DNA of 63,796 bases, the filler included, from Folioceros fuciformis (lineage: Eukaryota): NCBI GenBank assembly GCA_049999805.1. It is 10 parts of 10 records of this genome, joined end to end, with 100 filler letters (N's around TTAATTAATTAA, not from the genome) between each part and the next. Parts side by side here need not be neighbours in the genome. Positions count along the whole stretch, not along the records: positions 20,710 to 35,303 come from JBNGIO010001497.1; 9 more parts are not named here. One strand, 5' to 3'. The position numbers and the translations under genes were made by a program. Under the pieces are notes generated by a model that saw nothing but the letters and a program-made list of their open reading frames with translations, was not told the origin of the DNA and did not search any database. This document shows positions 21,602 through 34,605 of this stretch, in pieces; within the stretch, counting starts at the first letter, position 1, and every line of letters starts with the position of its first letter.

Positions 21602-24336
21602 ATGGCCATGCTCGGGGAGGATGGAAGCGGGTATGAGCTGGCACAGAAGCTCGAGGCGACTTCGGCATGGTGCATGTGGCTGGGTGATTCAGATTATGGT
21701 CTCCTCAAACCTCATATGGCTTCTCTTCCAGCTTGGGTTGCATTCATGGGTTCCAGTAACAGTCCCCGGGATAGCTTGAGGCTGCAGTTACGCGTGCGAG
21801 CCTTGTTGTTTGATAAAGCATCGTCAGCCCTGTTCGTGCAGTCTCCAGGTGACCATCGACCGCCTTGAATTCGGCAGCCATGAAGTTAATTGGCTCCTCT
21901 TCTGAGATTGCTCACGAAGCTCGACGTTATGCGTTGGAAGATTGAGTATCCTGTGGGGGTTGCACAGGGTTGTTACACTAATCTGAGGTGGTGCGGTGCA
22001 CAGATTTTCACTTGCATCCCGATAGCATCTACTTTACATTGGAGCAAGATGCGGAGGATTGGTGTAGACTTCAAGCCGGAGGATCATCTGCCTTGGCTGC
22101 TTTGCAAGCACAGGTTTGTAGCTCAATTGATGTGAAGATCAATTTCTTCGCTCGTAGTGTGTTCTTGGTGGTTCGGCTCGCCGGCAATCGGTGGAAGTAA
22201 TAGGAAGCTCTTCTTTCACAGCATGGACTTGACCCTATTCATGACAGCGCAAGGTATGAACTTGTCACCTTTCTTTGAAATTATCCCTGTGCACTTGCGG
22301 TTGTTGTGTGCAACGTTCATGCTGAGAAATTTCGCATGGTTGGCCTCAGGTATGGGCGTGAGAGGCAAAGGTGGCCGACTGACAATGCAAGGAGCAGGCG
22401 TAGCTATCCTTCAAATATTGATGGCGTAAGAATTACTGTAGGCAGTGAGGCTTGTAAGATCTGCCTTGACCACAGGGTAGATCTGTTACATCTGGTTTTG
22501 TTCTCTAACCAGATGTAACGCGTTTATGCAGGGCACTACAGAGGTCTCGCTTGGGAAAGTGAAGGAGATCACTTGGGATCCGTCAGATGGTGAATCTCAG
22601 TTTGGTCCTCCTTCTATGATCTCCCTATGCATCTTTTCGCAGGTTTTTGGTTTAAATCTTTGTAGAATCTATGAGAGCTTACTTTCCTTCAAGGTTAGAG
22701 TATCTCGGATTGCGGTACTCGAGCCTGCTGTATCATCAAGTTTGTCAACTACGGTCGTCTGATCTATCGTCCTTGATTTGACAGGGATGAGTATTGGGAC
22801 CAGGCTTGCTGACATCGAGGATGGTGCTGAACTGTGGTATGACAAATGGCAAAACTCGCAGTTAATGGAGAGAATGAGTAGGTTGGCAAACCGAATTGCC
22901 GAGCAGAAACTCCCTTTTGAAGACCAGGAGGCTTTAGTCCGGACCCCTGCAGGAATGGCCAGGTATGTGGAATGTCATACAAAAGTGACGAACAAGCGGA
23001 AAGCTGATGTACAGAGAACTGGAGGATCAGGACGCACGCTCTTCAATCCTGTGCAACGGATCGATGCTTTTGCCTCAGTTGTGAAGCTGGAGACGGACTC
23101 TGATGCTGAGGAAGCTGAAGTCTTTTTCCCAGAGTTCATGTTTCCTGCTAATAGTGTTCCAGATAATCCTGTTCCAGCTAACAGCGTCATGGACAAAGCC
23201 AACGACAGGGCCCCTTGTGCCTGGGGAAGCTTGAAGCAGACAAGCAGGTCGTCCGATGGCGAGACAAGCTTTGGCTTGAAGAGTCGTTTGATTCTCTGTC
23301 CTGGTGCTGATTCGGCTACTGCCAATTGCGAATCTTCGTTGGTTTCACTCGATGCCAAAGGTGCAGTGACGAAGAGGGGTTTGTCTGAGCGTGAGGCACA
23401 GGCTATGATGAAGCAGACAATAGGAAAGATTTTGGCGTTTAGTGGGTACGAGGGTTTAAAGGAAGGGTCTCTGGACACCCTTTGTGAGCTCGTCTGCATT
23501 TTTGTGAAGAAACTCGGAAGCAATCTGCGGATGTTGGTAGATAGATATGGCAAGGAATGTTCGCAAATGGAACTGTTAAGGATGTACATGCAACTTGCCG
23601 GGGGTGGGTATGTGGCTCAGACATTTGCTTGATGATTATTTTGATATCTGGACGCCTCCTACGCCTCATGGCCTTGTGCAGAGACTCTACGGCTGACGAT
23701 AATCTGCATGCTGAACAACCATGCAGGTCCATCCAAGAGCTGTTGGAGTACATGAAGACTTCATCCAGTGTCGTTCCTCAGGATTATCAAAGCCAGCAGC
23801 AGCAGCAACTGCAACAGCAGCAGCAGCTCCTACAGAGAAGAAAACAAGTGCAACAAGTACTCCCTTCACTGCAAGTTCATCAGGTAGATTTCGACAAACC
23901 TCGTTTGCCTCAGAATCTTCATAAACTTTTCTAATATTCAACCTTATGACTGTAGTGGGCCATCTGTACTGAGTTTGCTTCGTCTTTGAATGGCGTACAG
24001 GGTTATTCACAGCAGCTACAGCGTCAGCTCTCTTCCTCTATGTTAGGTCAGCTGAATAAGCAGAACCTACAGCAACAGTTGGATGCGTCTAAACGAAGGC
24101 AGATCGTAATGCCTCGCGGAAAAAAGCTGGAGGTCAAGCTGACCGGGGACACCACACCTTTGGAAACTGCAGTTAGTCTGGACTCAAAACCGTACGCAAG
24201 CCTGCAAACCATGACTGCTGCGACTCAACAGCATCACCAGCAGCCTCTGTGGCAACCTATGCACCAGTCGAATATTTTGCAGCACCTGCAGCAGCACCTA
24301 TCTTTCCAACAGCATCCTTCTTACCAATCAGAGTGA
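21602..24336 (+). CDS. Multi-exon At5g65540-like protein with a bromodomain-associated (BTP/Spt7-type) histone fold and Gln-rich C-terminus; 3' end approximate
   Basis: N-terminus MAMLGEDGSGYELAQKLEATSAWCMWLGD...LQLRVRALLFDKAS; EAEVFFPEFMFPANSVPD; histone-fold-like MKQTIGKILAFSGYEGLKEGSLDTLCELV; polyQ exons; GT-AG introns such as 21849-22003. Confidence 0.8.
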
Positions 24337-25660
24337 GAGGATGGAACCCAACATCAGCCTCGATCTCAAACAGCAGCTCACCAAACTGTGGAGACCCACC
24401 GTACTCGGCAGCTAAGTTGCCTGTAGGCGAACTTGATCTGACTTTTGATCCCTGTCAACACCAGCCTGTGTGTCGTGCACCCTCCGAAAACCTCCAAGTG
24501 TGCTTTTCTCCGGTTGTACCGTAAGGACATCTGCTGTGTTCATGATGCTGTCACGATGTGGACACGGTCTGAAGGCTGACTTCCGTTGAAGCCCCGATTG
24601 GTCTGATTCCGTTGCTGGCACTGTGGAACACATTGACAACGCTGCAGGCGAATGTGAACGCCGTCAGAAACGGATGGACGACACTGTCGAATTCGCTACG
24701 TATGGAAACCACTGGAAGTCCCCAGATAGCAGAAATTCGTCTGGGCTTTCACCGATGGTATTCCTCAGGTGGCGCTTGGCCAGTTGAGGGGCAAGCTTCG
24801 TCAAACGACCATCAAATTCTTGATTCGCACTTGATATTTCCTTCCGTTTTCGACTTGTCAGCTAATACAATTCCTAACACTTTTGCCTCGAGAGCTTGCA
24901 GATTTTGCTTGTTTCCGATGTCTGAATGTGTCCAACAGCGGCCTGAGCCTTCAGTGGACACCCTGAGCGTCAACAACCTATTAACGTCAAAGGCCTGTCA
25001 GCCCAGCAGCTTGTGGGTATACAATATCCTGTCGGATTTGTGCCAAGCCATGGGCTCCGTCTTCCCGAACCCCAAAGGTTCTCTTCTTGGGGAATGTAAT
25101 TTGCAAACCACTCCATGACGAGGCAATGCACCCGAAAGTCGTCATGGAACCGGCTTCACAAGAACAAACTGCCTGCGGTTAAGGGAAAGGACGAGGTTAT
25201 CTGTTGCGGGGTGTACTGAATGAGGTCAGTGGACAAAACTTCCACTGATCTCACATCTTCACTAAATCGTAGATCGCAGATGTCGGAACTTAGAAGCTAG
25301 GGCTCCAGGTTTTCGTTGATTTTAAGACACATCCTACAATTTCTGTCTTCGATACTAGGTGTTTAGATTTTCAAAAATATGGTTCAGAGAGTGAGAAAAT
25401 CTGCCAGAACTCGGAACTGGACAACCCCGGAAGGAACGTGATGACGGATCTGACAAGAGTAAGCTCTTATAATGATTTATTACTCGCAAGATGACAATTG
25501 CTTTGAAAAACTCATATATTACTTACAGTCGTGAAGTACCAATCCAACCGAAGGCAATCTGCACTAAACTTGTGAGTCATAAAACCCGACCCAGAACGAA
25601 GCTCCTTGGAGCTCTTACGATCGAGCACGTTACCCACGTGAGGAACGAGGTTCTCGGGCC

Positions 25661-26562
25661 TCAAAACCCAGATGGAGGAGCCTCTGGTGCTATAGACGCC
25701 AAAGAGCGCCTTCCTTGATGGTCAGTCACAAGGCAAAGCTGCGGCAAATAGATGCCTGCAAACCACGGTGCAAGAGTTGAGGCCCATAGACCTAGAACAT
25801 GTAGTAATGTAAATGTCGGCTGAAGAAATAAGTAGGACGAACTTGTGTGCTGAGCTACCTTCTCCGGCAGCCAGACTAGTGTAAAGATCCACGATGTTGG
25901 GGCAGGAATCCAAGCACCGCGGTGAGCAGAGCCAGTCCAGACGGTCGGGCTCCAGTAGCAGATCGGTGGACAAGCCGTAGGTCATGCGGGTGAGCCCGCA
26001 GGCCTCGATGCACTCATCGTTCTCGATCCATTCCACGGCCCTTTCAGCCGCAATGAGGGCAGTCTGCACCATCCGGCCACTGAGGTTGGTCCATGTGAAC
26101 GATTATCAAGGATCAGTGCTCAGCACTGGCAGGCGGAAAATGCATACGAGTGTGAATCAGGCGGATCTGAGTGACAAATACCTGGCACTGGGCCTTGAAC
26201 TTGCCATTTGTAGAGTAGATCTTCTCCAACACGCAGCGCGCCCCCGAGGAGGAGACAGAGAAGGCGCAGTCCTCTGGCAGCAGATCTTCACAGGCTAACA
26301 AGCTGATCGAAAGTCTCGGGGAAGCTGCGGGAAGCACAAATCAGAGGTGCGGTGAGCCACTCGTGCCACCGTCATCACCAGCGGGCATTGCATTGAAGCT
26401 AAGCTTACAGCTCCTTCAGATCGATCCATCTACTGTCAAATGCATAACGAATGCACATTGACCATCTCGAAAACGTGCAGATCAACCTGCAGTGAACGTG
26501 CAGACGAGAGAGAGCGAGAGAAATAGCGCTAGACGCAGATGTAGGCACGCCGATCGAGCCAT
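25661..26562 (-). CDS. PAR1 (photoassimilate-responsive) family secreted cysteine-rich protein
   Basis: Exons ~26562-26487 (signal peptide MARSACLHLRLALFLSLSLV), 26294-26182 (CEDLLPEDCAFSVSSSGARCVLE), 26063-25859 (EWIENDECIEACG...LCSPRCLDSCPNIVDLYTSLAAGEG) and 25755-25661 (IYLPQLC). TATA-like TATAA near 26616-26621. Confidence 0.88.
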
Positions 26563-27314
26563 TTTAGCCAGACCTACAGCTCGCAAAGACACTCTCAAAC
26601 CGGCATCAGCGGGGTTATAAAGATACCTGCGCCGTGAGCCTAGAGGCTGAAGGGCCAGGTCCCACGTTCCTCCATCCCTGCCAATCGGCAAGTATGCTAA
26701 TTTCCTACATACTTATGACTACCCCACGGGACTGATTCAACGGGAGTAGTGTCTACATGATTACTTCCATTTGAGCTCTATTTATACAGATATATCCTTC
26801 CTTTGGCCCCTTCCTTTGGCCTCCTGGCTTTGATGTTTAATAAGAAAGTGGTCACCTCGGAGCCACATATAGCACCACAAGTATGTCCATTTTAGGAGTG
26901 AATTCGTTCACCTCCTAGGGAAGAATATGGCCCACCTCCAAGATCTAGTTAAGTTTATATAATCTTGTTCATTAGAACAAAAATTACTTTAAAATTGAAA
27001 GAATTTTCAAGCTTCTGCCTTAGGAGCATAATCACAGCACAACATTTCCATCACCCTTCCAAGAGTATAGTGCTATTCACACTCCACATTACAAGTTGGA
27101 ATTTGGATGATCTTATAACCTCAGTTTCATAGTAAAGGGTTAGTCCCTATTTCTTATCACAATGTCGATCCCATGCAACTTTACCATGTATTGTGGTAGA
27201 GTTCCACGCCTTATAGCCTCATTGCCTTTTGCAAAGAATTCTTCAATCTCCCACAATCCTTGATCATGTTGCACCAAGATACTATACTTCTTCATGTCCA
27301 TGTTCTCTTTCTCT

Positions 27315-30300
27315 TGTTAGATTTTCTAGAGCGGAGAGTTAGAAAAATATATAAAAGATGATAGGCAAAAGAATAATATATTACAATGAACAAATGTCTT
27401 AAATACATAATAATAAAATGTCTTTTCATATTAGGGCTAATTAACTTAAATATATTCTAAACCCTAATGACTTGGTTACTAAGACCTAATAGGTCTCTTA
27501 ACACACCCCCTTAACCACAACATGCTAACACAGTAGTAGAACAACCACCGGTGGTTGTTCTACTACTGTGTTAGCATGTCGTGACTTCCTGATTTAATCG
27601 CGACTTCCTGAAAAAAAATCAGGAAGTCGCGATTAAATGCATATAAGAAGCTTCATCCGCGACAAATCCAATACAAGGGATTGCCTAGCAATTTAGGATC
27701 CCAAATTTTGCTGAGAAATAAGGCCAGCATAGTCCACAAGCCCCATCTGCTCAAGAAGAAAACGATGCTTGGATGTCGGCAATGCCTTGGTAAGCATATC
27801 AGCAACATTGAGATCTGTTGATACATAAGCAATCTTGACAACTTTCTTTTCAACTGAGTGTCGCACAAAATGGTGTTGAATCTCTATGTGTTTTGTGCGG
27901 GCATGAAAACGCGGATTCCCAATCTGAGCAATAGTGGATTGATTGTCACAAGACACAGTTGTGGGTTGTGATTGTGGAAATAAAAGGCCATCTAAAAAAC
28001 TCCGCTCCCACTCTGCTTCCTTGGCAGAATCTGTGAGAGCCTTGTACTCGGCCTCCATGGAGGACAAGGCCACGGACACTTGCTTTTTCGAGCTCCAATT
28101 CACAACAGCTCTAGATAGGAAGAAGCAATAAGCATATAAACTCTGACGAGTTTCAAGGTCTGTGGCCCAGTCCGCATCGGCATATCCAACTAGAGTGAAA
28201 TCTGTATTAGGTGAGCCAAGCCGATAGCAAAGACCATAGGTCGAAGTTCCTCTAAGATATCACATCACTCGCTTGACAGCACTCTAATGATCTTTGCCAG
28301 GCTTTTCCAAAAATTGGGAAACTGTACTTACGGCATGTTGAATATCTGGACGTGTCCAGCAAGCAATGTAGTTAGGGTAGCCAACAGCGTGCTTGTAGGG
28401 AACATCCATCATAGCCTAAAGCTCGTCTTCACTTTGAGGTGATTGCTGTGAAGTTAGCTTAAAACCTACAACTCCAGGTGTGCTAACTGGTTTTGCTTTA
28501 TCCAAATTGAAACGCTTTAAAGTTTCATTAATATACTTGGTTTGATGGAGGATGAGCGTCTTGTTGTCTCTATCCCTGATAAGCTGAACTCCAAGCACAA
28601 AAGTAAGGGCCCCGATATCCCTCATGTTATATTTTTGGTGAAGCATCTGCTTAACCCAGTCTAGAAGCTTGCGATTATCAGAGGCAAAAATAGTGTCATC
28701 CTCGTATACAGCTAGGATGACAATGTGGCCACCTCTAGAATAACGATAGACATTTACATCAGCAGGGTTCTGAACAAAACCTATGGACTTGAGGTAAGCA
28801 TCTATGTTCTTGTACCACTTACGAGCACTCTGCTTTAGCCCATAAATTGTCTTCTTCAATTTACAAACCCATGTAGGATGTTCAACGTCAACAAATCCTT
28901 CAGGCTGCCCTAGGTATATTACCTCTTCAAGCTCACCATACAGGAAAGCCGTGGAGACATCCATCTGTTCCAAATCCCAATTACGTGCTGCAGCTAAGAC
29001 TAGGATTATTCTAATGGATTGTGTCTTAACTACAAGACTGAAAGTCTCAACATAATCTACTCCAGCTACCTACGAGAAACCACGATCAACTAACCTGGAT
29101 TTATACCTAGCTATCTGACCTTGAGCATTTAATTTGTGTTTAAAAATCCATTTACAACTCACGGCCCTCTGTCCAGCAGGTAAGGGGCAGAGTTCCCATG
29201 TTCCATTCTGTATAAGAGAATTATATTCGTCTTGTATGGAAGGGATCCAATGAGCCTTATCCTTGCCGGTGATAGCTTCCTGATAAGTGCTAGGTTCTGC
29301 AGGATGATCTGTAGAAGAAGAAAGCACGAGTGATGAATTAAGTGTCAGCCTGGATGATTTAGGAATTCTAAAGTCCACTGACTCATATGGTTTCTCGTGC
29401 CATTGATTTCTAGGATTTTGGGTTCTGCAGGGATATCTACGCTCTTCAGTGACAGTAGCAAAAGCATCTGAAACAGAAGACTCTACAGCACTAGGAACAA
29501 ATGTGCCTGAGTGAGGAACTTCTAGAGCAACATCATCTTCAGAAGACAAAGAGGAAAGATGAATATCATGTGAGTCTTCAACTAATGGAAAATCTGATAA
29601 CTCATCAATCTGTGCTGCAGGGGGTTCATTGTCTTCAACATTTACATCACTTGGAAGCCCGTGTCCATCAATTGGAAATTTATCTGGTTCATCTTGTTGG
29701 ACAGGTGCCTGAACCGGAGAAGAATGACCTAAGACGGGCAAAGTAGGTGATACGGGAGAAGACAAGTGTGAAAATGACTGAGGAACACCCCCTAAACCAC
29801 CACCAGCAGCAGAAGAAACACCCTTGGAAGAGGGAATCATATAAATATCCTAAGGATACTTCGAGACTTCAAAGTCGAAATCATCAACAAGAGAAGAACG
29901 AGCAGCCGAGAGGTCAGCAAAATGAGAAACAGCCGGGAGAACAAGCTCTTTGAAGGTAACACTGCGGGCAAAAGTGCAGGAACGAGAGAGAGGATCATAT
30001 AATTTATAGGCTTTAGTCTCCTTGCCATAACCAACGAAAATAAGAGGCTTAGCCTGGTCTTCAAGTTTCTTCCGTTGTTCTGTAGGTATATAAGCATATG
30101 TCGGCGACCCGAAGACTCGCAAGTGAAGGAGGTTGGGATGGCGCTGCCAAATGACCTCAAAAGGAGTCTGACTTGCCATAGAGCTGGTAAGAAGTCGATT
30201 TAGAATGTAGGTAGCTGTGACAACAGCTTTAGCCTAGTATGATTTATCCAAACCTGACCATTGAAGCATGCCAAGTAAAGTCTGATTTCGCCTCTCAGCC

Positions 30301-31534
30301 ATGCCGTTTTGCTGCTGTGTGTAGGGAATTATCAGCTGACGAACAATTCCATGATCCAAGAGATACTGGTTAAAGGCATGGTTAATAAATTTAGTGCCGT
30401 TGTCCGATCGCAAACAACGAAGGAGCCGACCAGTCTGACGTTGCACCATGATAAGCCATTCTTGGAATACTTGGAATGTGTCAGATTTGCGCTGAAGAGC
30501 GAAAGTCCAAGCATATCGACTGTAATCGTCTGTGAGTGTAAGATAGTAGTTAGAACCTCCTAAAGAAGGCACATGAATTTTGCCTGATAAATCTGTGTGC
30601 ACCAAATCCAGGATGTTGGAAGTGCGGTGAGCAACCACAGACGGAAATGGAAGCTCCTTTTGCTTAGCAAGGATACAAGAATCGCATAAAGGAAGTTCCT
30701 TGAAACAATTTGGCTAAGGCTCACGATAACAGTTAGCGTTGGACATCTTGATAAGCTTGTTCTTATTTGCATGGCCCAAACGGGCATGCCATAGTTGTGC
30801 TAATTCTGATTGTTTGTGAGTAGCTACAAAAATACTATGAGCAAATTGGCAGCATACATCCAAGCGATATAAATCATCAACCAGAAGGCCACAAGCCACA
30901 TGATCATCAGCACCCTTGTGTGTGAGAGTGCAACCATCAGCTGTAAATAGGAGGTCAAACTGCCCAAGCTTCATCAACTGACTAACCGAAAGAAGTGCTT
31001 TGCCATTGTGGGAACGTAAAGAACATTGTCCAACTGCAGTGCTGAGCCATCCTTAAGTCGGAAAGTGCATGATCCTGTACCAAGAATCTTCAAACGTGTT
31101 TGGGTAAGTTCATCTCCCAACAACACTTTTTCATTAGTACGTGTTGGAGAAAAATTACTAAGCAAGTTACGATTGTGGCATATATGAGTTGTGGCCCCTG
31201 AATCCAAATACCAAGAATCTTGCTCACAGATTGTGTTGGAATGGCAAATAGTCATCACAACTGGAGGCTTGCGAGAAGAAGAGGTCGGTGAAGACCTGTC
31301 CTTGGAAACTGAGTGTGCCTCAACCGCTTTCTGGGTTTTCTTGGCCTTTCTCGGTTCTCCATTTTTCTTCTTCTTGCATTCACGCTCCCAATGCCCTGGA
31401 AACCCACACCAATTGCAGGATCCAGATTGTTTTCCTTGCCCTGGTTTGGATACGCCAACACCAGGTAAATTTTTCATTTTCCCTTGTGGTTTGTTCTTGT
31501 TGGAGTATAGGACCTTATCAGCTTTTGTCTCCAC
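27315..31534 (-). mobile_element. Degenerate Ty1/Copia element with 3' LTR (27315-27503) and PPT (27504-27510); 5' part lost
   Basis: CNWCGFPGHWEREC, WYLDSGATTH, LWHARLGH, integrase, RT QMDVSTAFLYG, RNase H ARTKHIEIQHHFVR. LTR termini TGTTA...TAACA. Confidence 0.95.
27520..27638. repeat. Perfect 60-bp palindrome (27520-27579) plus a 20-bp-stem hairpin with an A7 loop (27592-27638)
   Basis: ACATGCTAACACAGTAGTAGAACAACCACC|GGTGGTTGTTCTACTACTGTGTTAGCATGT and ATTTAATCGCGACTTCCTGA-A7-TCAGGAAGTCGCGATTAAAT, both checked base by base. Confidence 0.95.
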
Positions 31535-31569
31535 CTAAACCATCAGAATGGTCTCCACCTAAACCCTAT

Positions 31570-33750
31570 ACTTCAATCTCAACTTCATAGACAATCCTTA
31601 GAGCAGTGTGAAATGCTTCGATTTGACGCAAACCTTATCCCCAACATTGAAGTCAGTTTCTTTCCTGAACATGTCAGCATATCTCTTCTAAGTTGCTTCA
31701 ACCTTGGCTGATATCTCTTTGGCAACCTCATGCCTAACCTTTAATTGCTCAACGAATTGGTAGGGATCTCTAGTGGTAGTGTTGAAAACTTCAGCATTTA
31801 GTATTCGGTTGACTCATTCAGTTAATCCATCAGTATCTGGATGCAGTACTCATGCATAGTTGCACATTCAAGCTCCTCATCAAGTGCAGCCAAGACTCTC
31901 TTGTGGATCTTGGATCTTTATCGCTCACAATCTGCACGGACAAGCCATGATACTTGTACACATACTTTTTGAACAAGTTTGCTGCCTCAGAAGTGATCAC
32001 TCACTTCTTGGTGAGGATGAAGTGTGCTTGCCTGGTGAATCTATCTAGCACCTTCATGATAGCTATAAATCCATTACTGGGAGGCAAGAGCACGATGAAG
32101 TCTATAGAAATGCTTTTCCATGGCCCTCTAGGGATGGTTGGCGGTTGTAACAAACCTCTTGGCTTAACTTGCTCAACCTTTTTCTATTGACAAAGAGCAC
32201 ATGCCTTGACATAATCCAATGTATCTTGATACATTCCTTGCTAGTAAAATAATTTTCTCAACTTCTTATGAGTTGAATTACTTCCACGGTGATCAACATT
32301 TGGCACATCATGACACTTAGAAAGCAATTTCCTCTTCATGCCTATAGAGTTAGAGATCACAACTCTCTTCTGTTTGTAAATCAACAAACCATCTTTGAGT
32401 TTGAACTTGCTTCCTTTCTGTACCACCCTATTCATCCAGTCTTGCACTTCAAGATCTTGCAGATAAGCTTTTTTAATCTCTTTGTGAGCATCAAAAGGTT
32501 CAATCACAGTTGCTATTGTCTTCACTTTTTTACTCTACTTGCGGCTCAGTGCATCTGCAATCTTGTTCTCTTTTCCATGTTTATATTTGAGAGTCATAGG
32601 TAAAAAATCTTGTCATTTAGCTTATCTCGCATTCAACTTTGATTGATTTGAGAAGTATGTTATACTAATAATATCAATATATAGAACAAAAGACCTACCC
32701 AAGAGATAGTGTCTTCTGTATCCCTTTCCTATAATCTCTATAACACTTCCCTCATATGTTTAACATGCTCTTCAAAGGTATGACTATAGATCAAAATGTC
32801 ATCCAAATAGAACATAACACACTTGTTCACCAGATCTATGAATATAATATTTATAAGAGTTTGAAGTATATGCAGTAGTAAGTCCAAATAGCATGACAAG
32901 AAACTTAAGAGATCCATACCTTATTCTCCATGCTATTTTGTACTCACACTCCTTAGCAATCATGATCTGACAGTACTTTGCTATTAGGTCCAACTTGGTG
33001 AAACACTTGGCATCCTTCAACATATTAAACATGTGATCCATTCTCGGCAAAGGATATGCATTCTTAATCGTGATCTAGTTCAAAGCTCTACAATTCAAAC
33101 ACAGTCGAAGTCCTCCATTCTTTTTGCGCATGAATAATATAGGTCACCAAAAGGAGACTTAGAAACTTTAACATATCCCTTTATCAACAAGTTGAATAGT
33201 TGTTACTTAAGTTCTTGCAACTCATCTTGTGACAATTTATATGGTGCTCTCAAAGGACGCGTACTCCCTATCTTCAACTCAATCACATGATCTACTACCT
33301 TACGAGACGAGAATGTTGGCACCTTATCTGACATCAAGTCCTTGAACTCATCTAGTATAGCTTGTACTTCTTTTGCTATGTCCTTTTTTCTAAATAGAAT
33401 CTTCTTCCAAACCATCCTCTAGTCCCTGGAGTACAACAAAGTATAACTGCTTCTTTTTATGAAATCTTTCTTGAGCTCTCGTTTTGAAATCAGCTGTACT
33501 GATACACTCTCAAGCATTTAGCTAACACTAGCATAACTCACCTTGTACTTCATATATTCCTCAATAGCACGTGACTTAATATCCATATGCACTTCATTAG
33601 ATCTCATCTACTCCAACCCTAAGATGATATCATAGTCATTCATCTCCATGATTGTAAAACTGACACTTCCTTGCGACGCCTTAACTTGCAGCTTTACTCC
33701 ATGGCTAAGCTTACATGTAGGCTTTTTTAGTATGTTATTGTCCACTAGCA
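31570..33750 (-). mobile_element. Heavily degenerate Ty3/Gypsy pol (protease-RT-partial RNase H-integrase)
   Basis: YDIILG, VDHVIEL...RAPYKLS, PRMDHMFNMLKDAKCFTKLDL, integrase Zn-finger CHDVPNVDHRG. The RT-before-integrase order is the Gypsy order. Confidence 0.9.
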
Positions 33751-34309
33751 TAACATTTTATTTTTTGAAGTTTGTTTTTGAAAAAATTATTATAGATTAA
33801 AGATAAAAACTCATATACCCTTGACAAGAAATGGGAACAATCTAACGAAGGTGCCAATAAGGAATATCACCTTCTTTACATAATGTAGAAAGAAGCAACA
33901 ACCTTGGGTCTCGACTAATCTTGATCTAATAGGTTGGCTAATTAAAGGGAAACTCCATTGAGTAGGGTGTAGGTAGGGGCACTCTCTAAATGGGAAAAAA
34001 ACCCACCTACACTTGTTCTCCATAAAACTATCCCTAGTAAAAATGAAAAGTTTAAATCAAAAAATTACTTTAAGCACAAACTGACCCTAAGCCTTTATAT
34101 TTTGAACATGGTGAGAAAAAAACCTAACATGATAGTTGGAGGATGCTACAATTGCTAGAGTTGTTATTTTCTACCTTATTCTTCATAAAATAGTTAATGA
34201 TAAGCTTTTTGTTTTTTACATAAAAGTCACTTTTAGCCCAAACTTACCTCCAAGTTTTAAAAAAGTGGAGTTTATCTTCCCTTTTTAAGAATCCTTGTTT
34301 TTTCAATAT

Positions 34310-34605
34310 CTTACGAAATAAAGTCTTTTAGACTAGGATGAAGATGAAGAGTATGAACAACCACAATATGAAATAAAGTATACAATGAAAATATTTAACA
34401 AACACAGTACGAAATAAAGTCTCTTAGACTAGGATGAAGAATATGAACAACTACAATATGAAATTAAGTCTCATAGACTAGGATGAAGAGTATGAACAAC
34501 CACAGTACAAAATTAAGTCTCATAGACTAGGATGAAGAATATGAACAACCACAGTACAAAATTAAGTCTTATAGACTAGGATGAAGAGTATGAACAACCA
34601 CAGTA
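34310..34605. repeat. ~49-bp minisatellite, 5-6 copies
   Basis: Unit approximately TAGACTAGGATGAAGAGTATGAACAACCACAGTACAAAATTAAGTCTCA. Confidence 0.9.

Noticed and set aside
34310-34605. CRISPR-like regular repeat
   Set aside because: Intervening sequences are near-identical rather than unique spacers; no cas genes; eukaryotic context
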